DNA of 64,000 nucleotides from Balanoglossus misakiensis (lineage: Eukaryota > Animalia > Hemichordata), in the NCBI GenBank assembly GCA_040954595.2, contig CM082576.2:19143028-19207027 (forward strand). Reading direction: 5' to 3'. Under the pieces are notes generated by a model. It was not told where the DNA came from, searched no databases, and saw nothing but the letters and a program-made list of their open reading frames with translations. A program made the position numbers and the translations under genes. Positions 36,991 to 47,600 of the stretch are shown in pieces (positions within the stretch are counted from its first letter, which is position 1; each line of letters opens with the position of its first letter).

Positions 36991-37292
36991 TTTAACCAAG
37001 ATTTGTCATATTATTGACCTTTATACCGCAATGAATTTGCAGCAACAAAAAGTGGACAAAAAGCTGAATTTCATAATTGGATTTCATAATTTTGCCGTAA
37101 TTCAATAATGAAATGTGGAGAAAGTCAGCAGACCAACTTTGCACTGTTATTATTTATTTTGGATTTGTTTCCCTCCTGCTAACAAAAGTGTCCTCTCACC
37201 TCATGGCATGAAGATGCATTGAATTCTGAGAAAAAGGGGATTAATACTTGAGTGTATTTACAAAGACAAACAAGCTCACTGGTAGCATTTAA

Positions 37293-37399
37293 AGGGGAAG
37301 TCCGGTTCAGCTACATAATTGGGTAGCTTTGAGGTCATTCTTTCAGAAAAAAACATTGTGTAGAAATTATGCATAAATCAGCTGGACAGGACTTCCCTT
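37293..37399. mobile_element. Small Kolobok-type MITE (partial copy from 33658)
   Basis: TTAA-AGGGGAAGTCC...GGACTTCCCTT-TTAA; left part matches 33658-33740. Confidence 0.65.
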
Positions 37400-37609
37400 T
37401 TAATATTTCCAAGCAAGGCAATTGGTTTACTGCAACAATTACTTTGAAAACACAGTGTAAAACAACAATCATGATATGAATGTTACTTTAATAGATAGTC
37501 ATACTTATATAAGCATGACTGTCTATGTTGGTCTGTAAGTTGTATTTGAAAGAAAAGTTTCATGTACGAATAGTACAAAGATTGACATTTAGTCCACAAA
37601 ACCTACCAT

Positions 37610-40600
37610 TAACATTAACCAGAGCACACTGTAACCAGGCCAGAGTGGCCAGTATCGTGCCCATTAATTTTGAGTGTTTGATGGGGGTCAACCTTTGCGT
37701 GAACATTAACCAGAGCACACAGTAACCAGGCCGTAGTGGACAGTGTTCTGCCCATTAATTTTGAGTGTTTGGTGGGGTCAACCTTTGCGTCAACATTAAC
37801 CAGAGCACACAGTAACCAGGCCATAGTGGACAGTGTGCTGCCCATTAATTTTGAGTGTTTGGTGGGGTCAACCTTTGCGTCAACATTAACCAGAGCACAC
37901 AGTAACCAGGCCGTAGTGGACAGTGTTCTGCCCATTAATTTTGAGTGTTTGGTGGGGTCAACCTTTGCGTCAACATTAACCAGAGCACACAGTAACCAGG
38001 CCGTAGTGGACAGTGTTCTGCCCATTAATTTTGAGTGTTTGGTGGGGTCAACCTTTGCGTCAACATTAACCAGAGCACACAGTAACCAGGCCGTAGTGGA
38101 CAGTGTTCTGCCCATTAATTTTGAGTGTTTGGTGGGGTCAACCTTTGCGTCAACATTAACTAGGCCAGAGTGGCCAGTATCGTGCCCATTAATGTTTAGT
38201 GTTTGGTGGGGTCAACCTTTGCGTCAACATTAACTAGGCCAGAGTGGCCAGTATCGTGCCCATCAATTTTGAGTGTTTGGTGGGGTCAACCTTTGCGTCA
38301 ACATTAACTAGGCCAGAGTGGCCAGTATCGTGCCCATTAATTTTGAGTGTTTGGTGGGGTCAACCTTTGCGTCAACATTAACTAGGCCAGAGAGGCCAGT
38401 ATCGTGCCCATTAATTTTGAGTGTTTGGTGGGGGTCAACCTTTGCCTCAACATTAACCAGAGCACACAGTAACCAGGCCGTAGTGGACAGTGTTCTGCCC
38501 ATTAATTTTGAGTGTTTGGTGGGGTCAACCTTTGCGTCAACATTAACCAGAGCACACAGTAACCAGGCCATAGTGGACAGTGTGCTGCCCATTAATTTTG
38601 AGTGTTTGGTGGGGTCAACCTTTGCGTCAACATTAACCAGAGCACACAGTAACCAGGCCATAGTGGACAGTGTTCTGCCCATTAATTTTGAGTGTTTGGT
38701 GGGGTCAACCTTTGCGTCAACATTAACCAGAGCACACAGTAACCAGGCCGTAGTGGACAGTGTTCTGCCCATTAATTTTGAGTGTTTGGTGGGGTCAACC
38801 TTTGCGTCAACATTAACCAGAGCACACAGTAACCAGGCCGTAGTGGACAGTGTTCTGCCCATTAATTTTGAGTGTTTGGTGGGGTCAACCTTTGCGTCAA
38901 CATTAACCAGAGCACACAGTAACCAGGCCATAGTGGACAGTGTTCTGCCCATTAATTTTGAGTGTTTGGTGGGGTCAACCTTTGCGTCAACATTAACCAG
39001 AGCACACAGTAACCAGGCCGTAGTGGACAGTGTTCTGCCCATTAATTTTGAGTGTTTGGTGGGGTCAACCTTTGCGTCAACATTAACCAGAGCACACAGT
39101 AACCAGGCCATAGTGGACAGTGTGCTGCCCATTAATTTTGAGTGTTTGGTGGGGTCAACCTTTGCGTCAACATTAACCAGAGCACACAGTAACCAGGCCG
39201 TAGTGGACAGTGTTCTGCCCATTAATTTTGAGTGTTTGGTGGGGTCAACCTTTGCGTCAACATTAACCAGAGCACACAGTAACCAGGCCATAGTGGACAG
39301 TGTTCTGCCCATTTATTTTGAGTGTTTGGTGGGGTCAACCTTTGCGTCAACATTAACCAGAGCACACAGTAACCAGGCCGTAGTGGACAGTGTTCTGCCC
39401 ATTAATTTTGAGTGTTTGGTGGGGTCAACCTTTGCGTCAACATTAACCAGAGCACACAGTAACCAGGCCGTAGTGGACAGTGTTCTGCCCATTAATTTTG
39501 AGTGTTTGGTGGGGTCAACCTTTGCGTCAACATTAACCAGAGCACACAGTAACCAGGCCAGAGTGGCCAGTATCGTGCCCATTAATTTTGAGTGTTTGAT
39601 GGGGGTCAACCTTTGCGTCAACATTAACCAGAGCACACAGTAACCAGGCTGTAGTGGACAGTGTTCTGCCCATTAATTTTGAGTGTTTGGTGGGGTCAAC
39701 CTTTGCGTCAACATTAACCAGAGCACACAGTAACCAGGCCGTAGTGGACAGTGTTCTGCCCATTAATTTTGAGTGTTTGGTGGGGTCAACCTTTGCGTCA
39801 ACATAGACCAGAGCACACAGTAACCAGGCCGTAGTGGACAGTGTTCTGCCCATTAATTTTGAGTGTTTGGTGGGGTCAACCTTTGCGTCAACATTAACCA
39901 GAGCACACAGTAACCAGGCCATAGTGGACAGTGTGCTGCCCATTAATTTTGAGTGTTTGGTGGGGTCAACCTTTGCGTCAACATTAACCAGAGCACACAG
40001 TAACCAGGCCGTAGTGGACAGTGTTCTGCCCATTAATTTTGAGTGTTTGGTGGGGTCAACCTTTGCGTCAACATTAACCAGAGCACACAGTAACCAGGCC
40101 ATAGTGGACAGTGTTCTGCCCATTTATTTTGAGTGTTTGGTGGGGTCAACCTTTGCGTCAACATTAACCAGAGCACACAGTAACCAGGCCGTAGTGGACA
40201 GTGTTCTGCCCATTAATTTTGAGTGTTTGGTGGGGTCAACCTTTGCGTCAACATTAACCAGAGCACACAGTAACCAGGCCGTAGTGGACAGTGTTCTGCC
40301 CATTAATTTTGAGTGTTTGGTGGGGTCAACCTTTGCGTCAACATTAACCAGAGCACACAGTAACCAGGCCAGAGTGGCCAGTATCGTGCCCATTAATTTT
40401 GAGTGTTTGATGGGGGTCAACCTTTGCGTCAACATTAACCAGAGCACACAGTAACCAGGCCGTAGTGGACAGTGTTCTGCCCATTAATTTTGAGTGTTTG
40501 GTGGGGTCAACCTTTGCGTCAACATTAACCAGAGCACACAGTAACCAGGCCGTAGTGGACAGTGTTCTGCCCATTAATTTTGAGTGTTTGGTGGGGTCAA

Positions 40601-41977
40601 CCTTTGCGTCAACATTAACCAGAGCACACAGTAACCAGGCCATAGTGGACAGTGTGCTGCCCATTAATTTTGAGTGTTTGGTGGGGTCAACCTTTGCGTC
40701 AACATTAACCAGAGCACACAGTAACCAGGCCAGAGTGGCCAGTATCGTGCCCATTAATTTTGAGTGTTTGATGGGGGTCAACCTTTGCGTCAACATTAAC
40801 CAGAGCACACAGTAACCAGGCCGTAGTGGACAGTGTTCTGCCCATTAATTTTGAGTGTTTGGTGGGGTCAACCTTTGCGTCAACATTAACCAGAGCACAG
40901 AGTAACCAGGCCATAGTGGACAGTGTTCTGCCCATTAATTTTGAGTGTTTGGTGGGGTCAACCTTTGCGTCAACATTAACCAGAGCACACAGTAACCAGG
41001 CCGTAGTGGACAGTGTTCTGCCCATTAATTTTGAGTGTTTGGTGGGGTCAACCTTTGCGTCAACATTAACCAGAGCACACAGTAACCAGGCCATAGTGGA
41101 CAGTGTTCTGCCCATTAATTTTGAGTGTTTGGTGGGGTCAACCTTTGCGTCAACATTAACCAGAGCACACAGTAACCAGGCCGTAGTGGACAGTGTTCTG
41201 CCCATTAATTTTGAGTGTTTGGTGGGGTCAACCTTTGCGTCAACATTAACCAGAGCACACAGTAACCAGGCCGTAGTGGACAGTGTTCTGCCCATTAATT
41301 TTGAGTGTTTGGTGGGGTCAACCTTTGCGTCAACATTAACCAGAGCACACAGTAACCAGGCCCTAGTGGACAGTGTTCTGCCCATTAATTTTGAGTGTTT
41401 GGTGGGGTCAACCTTTGCGTCAACATTAACCAGAGCACACAGTAACCAGGCCGTAGTGGACAGTGTTCTGCCCATTAATTTTGAGTGTTTGGTGGGGTCA
41501 ACCTTTGCGTCAACATTAACCAGAGCACACAGTAACCAGGCCATAGTGGACAGTGTTCTGCCCATTAATTTTGAGTGTTTGGTGGGGTCAACCTTTGCGT
41601 CAACATTAACCAGAGCACACAGTAACCAGGCCATAGTGGACAGTGTTCTGCCCATTAATTTTGAGTGTTTGGTGGGGTCAACCTTTGCGTCAACATTAAC
41701 CAGAGCACACAGTAACCAGGCCGTAGTGGACAGTGTTCTGCCCATTAATTTTGAGTGTTTGGTGGGGTCAACCTTTGCGTCAACATTAACCAGAGCACAC
41801 AGTAACCAGGCCATAGTGGACAGTGTTCTGCCCATTAATTTTGAGTGTTTGGTGGGGTCAACCTTTGCGTCAACATTAACCAGAGCACACAGTAACCAGG
41901 CCGTAGTGGACAGTGTTCTGCCCATTAATTTTGAGTGTTTGGTGGGGTCAACCTTTGCGTCAACATTAACCAGAGCA
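37610..41977. repeat. 90-bp satellite with 74-bp variant monomers, left part
   Basis: Monomer cagagcacacagtaaccaggcc(g/a)tagtggacagtgttctgcccattaattttgagtgtttggtggggtcaacctttgcgtcaacattaac, very homogeneous. Confidence 0.98.
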
Positions 41978-42504
41978 CAGTATAGAAAACATTTTCCAAT
42001 TTCCGAAAAACCTCTTTTTTACATAATTACTGCTGAAAAAGTTAGAAATTTATGAAAATATTCCCCATTCTTTGCCAATTTCTAATGAAAAAATTACATA
42101 ATGGTATTCTTAGTCTCTTTCCTGCAGCTGTACAGCAGGAAAAATGCATTTTGTCATATTTTGGCTTTAAACTAAAATTAAAATTTATCTGTGAAAAAAC
42201 TGAGTCTCCTTCAAAGCCACGTACATGACAGTCCTTTTGATTTTTTTCTAATGAAATTTTGTCTCCATGTTTATCATGAGTAATATTTCTATTGAAAATT
42301 TGCAAGTGTGTGAATTGTTTGTAAAATTTCGCCAGAAAAAACAATAGCATCAAAAAGTAAATCTGAAACCCAATATTTATTACAAGAATTGTTAGATTAA
42401 TATCCGTATCACACAAATCCGTTGGATTTCGTATGAATTTTAGGAAATAAGCACTGCTCATTGACAAATCCATATTTTGCGGCTAAAATACTTGGAAAGA
42501 GTCA

Positions 42505-43035
42505 GTGGCATGTGAGAGCTTGGAAATTTCCAAGTACTGACAAGGGTCAGTGGTCGGAAATTTCCAGACACTCAGGGAATGTGAGAGTCTGGAAATTTCC
42601 AAGCACTGACAAGGGTCAGTGGTCGGAAATTTCCAGACACTCAGGGAATGTGAGAGCCTGGAAATTTCCAAGCACTGACAAGGGTCAGTGGTCGGAAATT
42701 TCCAGACACTCAGGGAATATGAGAGCCTGGAAATTTCCAAGCACTGACAAGGGTCAGTGGTCGAAAATTTCCACAGACACTCAGGGAATGTGAGAGCTTA
42801 GAAATATCCAAGCACTGACAAGGGTCAGTGGTCGGAAATTTCCGGACACTCAGGGAATGTGAGAGCCTGGAAATTTCCAAGCACTGACAAGGGTCAGTGG
42901 TCGGAAATTTCCAGACACTCAGGGAATGTGAGAGCTTAGAAATTTCCAAGCACAGACAAGGGTCAGTGGTCGGAAATTTCCAGACACTCAGGGAATGTGA
43001 GAGCCTTGAACTTTCCAAGCACTGACAGGGTCGTG
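42505..43035 (+). repeat. 69-bp tandem array (left arm)
   Basis: gggaatgtgagagcctggaaatttccaagcactgacaagggtcagtggtcggaaatttccagacactca x~7.5. Confidence 0.95.
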
Positions 43036-43099
43036 GTAGTCCTCCGTACATGTCTGCGTTCTCCCGGCGTTTAATACACGGCTTCCACCACATCTCTGC

Positions 43100-43487
43100 A
43101 AGGCTCCATGGACAAAACTGATTCGTCTGAGATCCGGATCCGGACAGCAGCTTTTCGGCCGAGATTGGATTTTATCGGGGGGAATCTTTCCCCCGTCTAC
43201 CCACAAATGACTCCAAATATGATGTAATTAACTTCCGAGCCACTCGCTTTCTGATTTTCTCTTGTGTTTACCTGTTGAGATCGCCATATTGAATACAGTG
43301 AGGTTATCTCAATGGGTAAACACAAAAGTTTCAGAAAGCGAGCGGTTCGGATGTTAGAAGAAGTCAATCGCGGTTATAACCGGTTAGTAGACAGGGAAAG
43401 GATATTCTCCCGATAAAATCGAATTTCGGCGAAAAGCTCTGGTACGGATCTGGACCGCAGACGCACCAGGTTTGTCTAAGGAGCCTT
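43100..43487. repeat. Imperfect ~390-bp palindrome
   Basis: aaggctcc..gcttttcg..gattttatcggg..gtctac..cgctttctga..ttgtgtttacc mirrored by ggtaaacacaa..tcagaaagcg..gtagac..cccgataaaatc..cgaaaagc..ggagcctt. Confidence 0.85.
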
Positions 43488-43497
43488 AGCGTCCCAA

Positions 43498-43935
43498 TGT
43501 TCATGACAGGCTTCGCCTACCAACTCCTCTGAGTTAGCCCATACACTAGTTGTTTATTGGGAATTGGTATTGTTTATCTGACACAATTGTTCTTTCTACT
43601 CTGTATACAAAGTCACAACTTCACAACTACCAAATGCTATTGTTCTTGAATTATGCAGTGTTACCAAATGTCACAGTTCAAACCACTGTATATAAAGAAG
43701 TATTGGCCATCCCGCCCCTCTCTCTTCATTCCGAACCTATTCCCAAGTGTACGCGGTACATTTGTTGGTGCCGAGACCAGGATGTCGGGCATGGAGAGAG
43801 AGAAGAACAGCAGAAGAGGCCACCGCAGTCAAACGACCAAACTCATCCGTAGGGTTGAAGATATAAATACAGGCGAAGTTCCTCAACAGATCGTTTTCCT
43901 AAAGGCCATAATTTGAAACATGATAGATAAACTCA
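43498..43935 (+). mobile_element. BEL/Pao-like LTR retrotransposon 5' fragment (LTR, PBS, gag start)
   Basis: Putative LTR TGT(43498)...TACA(43760); PBS tggtgccgagaccaggat (tRNA-His-like); then MSGMEREKNSRRGHRSQTTKLIRRVE, like a BEL gag N-terminus. Confidence 0.65.
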
Positions 43936-44350
43936 AGATTTCCAAGCACTGACCCTGTCAATGCTTGGAAATTTCCAGGCTCTCACATTCCCCGAGTGAC
44001 TGGATATTTCCGGCCACTAACCCTGTCAGTGCTTGGAAATTTCTAAGCTCTCACATTCCCTGAGTGTCTGGAAATTTCCAACCACTGACCCTTGTCAGTG
44101 CTTGGAAATTTCCAGGCTCTCACATTCCCTGAGTGTCTGGAAATTTCCGACCACTGACCCTTGTCAGTGCTTGGAAATTTCTAAGCTCTCACATTCCCTG
44201 AGTGTCTGGAAATTTCCGACCACTGACCCTTGTCAGTGCTTGGAAATTTCCAGGCTCTCACATTCCCTGAGTGTCTGGAAATTCCCGACCACTGACCCTT
44301 GTCAGTGGTTGGAAATTTCCAGGCTCTCACATTTCCAAGCACTGACCCTT
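43936..44350 (-). repeat. 69-bp tandem array (right arm, inverted)
   Basis: Reverse complement of the 42505-43035 unit, x~6. Confidence 0.95.
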
Positions 44351-44643
44351 CTGGAGTGACTAGCAATTTTTTGCAAATTGTACTATTAATTGAATTCATA
44401 ATTTAGTTATTAGTTTTTTTCAATGAAATATTCAAATCCATACAACCTAAAGATGGCTCCTTCATTATTTCTATGGAAATTTCACAGTTTATTCTTTTCT
44501 TTCTGCACACTCGCAAACATCTTGAAAATAATCATAGAAAAATATCGAAATATATTGTACTGTGAACAAAACACTAATTTCCTTGAAAAAAGTTTAAAAA
44601 ACGGCTACTTTTCGGAAATTGGAAAATGTTTTCTATACTGTTA

Positions 44644-47600
44644 CAGAGTAACCAGGCCATAGTGGACAGTGTTCTGCCCATTAATTTTGAGTGTTTGGTG
44701 GGGTCAACCTTTGCGTCAACATTAACCAGAGCACACAGTAACCAGGCCGTAGTGGACAGTGTTCTGCCCATTAATTTTGAGTGTTTGGTGGGGTCAACCT
44801 TTGCGTCAACATTAACCAGAGCACACAGTAACCAGGCCATAGTGGACAGTGTTCTGCCCATTAATTTTGAGTGTTTGGTGGGGTCAACCTTTGCGTCAAC
44901 ATTAACCAGAGCACACAGTAACCAGGCCGTAGTGGACAGTGTTCTGCCCATTAATTTTGAGTGTTTGGTGGGGTCAACCTTTGCGTCAACATTAACCAGA
45001 GCACACAGTAACCAGGCCGTAGTGGACAGTGTTCTGCCCATTAATTTTGAGTGTTTGGTGGGGTCAACCTTTGCGTCAACATTAACCAGAGCACACAGTA
45101 ACCAGGCCCTAGTGGACAGTGTTCTGCCCATTAATTTTGAGTGTTTGGTGGGGTCAACCTTTGCGTCAACATTAACCAGAGCACACAGTAACCAGGCCGT
45201 AGTGGACAGTGTTCTGCCCATTAATTTTGAGTGTTTGGTGGGGTCAACCTTTGCGTCAACATTAACCAGAGCACACAGTAACCAGGCCATAGTGGACAGT
45301 GTTCTGCCCATTAATTTTGAGTGTTTGGTGGGGTCAACCTTTGCGTCAACATTAACCAGAGCACACAGTAACCAGGCCATAGTGGACAGTGTTCTGCCCA
45401 TTAATTTTGAGTGTTTGGTGGGGTCAACCTTTGCGTCAACATTAACCAGAGCACACAGTAACCAGGCCGTAGTGGACAGTGTTCTGCCCATTAATTTTGA
45501 GTGTTTGGTGGGGTCAACCTTTGCGTCAACATTAACCAGAGCACACAGTAACCAGGCCATAGTGGACAGTGTTCTGCCCATTAATTTTGAGTGTTTGGTG
45601 GGGTCAACCTTTGCGTCAACATTAACCAGAGCACACAGTAACCAGGCCGTAGTGGACAGTGTTCTGCCCATTAATTTTGAGTGTTTGGTGGGGTCAACCT
45701 TTGCGTCAACATTAACCAGAGCACACAGTAACCAGGCCAAAGTGGACAGTGTTCTGCCCATTAATTTTGAGTGTTTGGTGGGGTCAACCTTTGCGTCAAC
45801 ATTAACCAGAGCACACAGTAACCAGGCCGTAGTGGACAGTGTTCTGCCCATTAATTTTGAGTGTTTGGTGGGGTCAACCTTTGCGTCAACATTAACCAGA
45901 GCACACAGTAACCAGGCCATAGTGGACAGTGTTCTGCCCATTAATTTTGAGTGTTTGGTGGGGTCAACCTTTGCGTCAACATTAACCAGAGCACACAGTA
46001 ACCAGGCCGTAGTGGACAGTGTTCTGCCCATTAATTTTGAGTGTTTGGTGGGGTCAACCTTTGCGTCAACATTAACCAGAGCACACAGTAACCAGGCCAT
46101 AGTGGACAGTGTGCTGCCCATTAATTTTGAGTGTTTGGTGGGGTCAACCTTTGCGTCAACATTAACCAGAGCACAGAGTAACCAGGCCATAGTGGACAGT
46201 GTTCTGCCCATTAATTTTGAGTGTTTGGTGGGGTCAACCTTTGCGTCAACATTAACCAGAGCACACAGTAACCAGGCCGTAGTGGACAGTGTTCTGCCCA
46301 TTAATTTTGAGTGTTTGGTGGGGTCAACCTTTGCGTCAACATTAACCAGAGCACACAGTAACCAGGCCGTAGTGGACAGTGTTCTGCCCATTAATTTTGA
46401 GTGTTTGGTGGGGTCAACCTTTGCGTCAACATTAACCAGAGCACACAGTAACCAGGCCGTAGTGGACAGTGTTCTTCCCATTAATTTTGAGTGTTTGGTG
46501 GGGTCAACCTTTGCGTCAACATTAACTAGGCCAGAGTGGCCAGTATCGTGCCCATTAATTTTGAGTGTTTGGTGGGGTCAACCTTTGCGTCAACATTAAC
46601 TAGGCCAGAGTGGCCAGTATCGTGCCCATTATTTTTGAGTGTTTGGTGGGGTCAACCTTTGCGTCAACATTAACTAGGCCAGAGTGGCCAGTATCGTGCC
46701 CATTAATTTTGAGTGTTTGGTGGGGTCAACCTTTGCGTCAACATTAACTAGGCCAGAGTGGCCAGTATCGTGCCCATTAATTTTGAGTGTTTGGTGGGGG
46801 TCAACCTTTGCGTCAACATTAACCAGAGCACACAGTAACCAGGCCGTAGTGGACAGTGTTCTGCCCATTAATTTTGAGTGTTTGGTGGGGTCAACCTTTG
46901 CGTCAACATTAACCAGAGCACACAGTAACCAGGCCATAGTGGACAGTGTGCTGCCCATTAATTTTGAGTGTTTGGTGGGGTCAACCTTTGCGTCAACATT
47001 AACCAGAGCACACAGTAACCAGGCCATAGTGGACAGTGTTCTGCCCATTAATTTTGAGTGTTTGGTGGGGTCAACCTTTGCGTCAACATTAACCAGAGCA
47101 CACAGTAACCAGGCCGTAGTGGACAGTGTTCTGCCCATTAATTTTGAGTGTTTGGTGGGGTCAACCTTTGCGTCAACATTAACCAGAGCACACAGTAACC
47201 AGGCCGTAGTGGACAGTGTTCTGCCCATTAATTTTGAGTGTTTGGTGGGGTCAACCTTTGCGTCAACATTAACCAGAGCACACAGTAACCAGGCCATAGT
47301 GGACAGTGTTCTGCCCATTTATTTTGAGTGTTTGGTGGGGTCAACCTTTGCGTCAACATTAACCAGAGCACACAGTAACCAGGCCGTAGTGGACAGTGTT
47401 CTGCCCATTAATTTTGAGTGTTTGGTGGGGTCAACCTTTGCGTCAACATTAACCAGAGCACACAGTAACCAGGCTGTAGTGGACAGTGTTCTGCCCATTA
47501 ATTTTGAGTGTTTGGTGGGGTCAACCTTTGCGTCAACATTAACCAGAGCACACAGTAACCAGGCCGTAGTGGACAGTGTTCTGCCCATTAATTTTGAGTG

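Larger units (their letters stand above)
41978..44640. mobile_element. Foldback-like non-autonomous DNA transposon inserted in the satellite
   Basis: Perfect 32-bp TIR CAGTATAGAAAACATTTTCCAATTTCCGAAAA; internal inverted 69-bp arrays; TSD ambiguous. Confidence 0.85.

Noticed and set aside
42461-44399. 23-aa repeat ORFs (WKFPSTDKGQWSEISR...)
   Set aside because: Translation of the 69-bp arrays, mirrored on both arms
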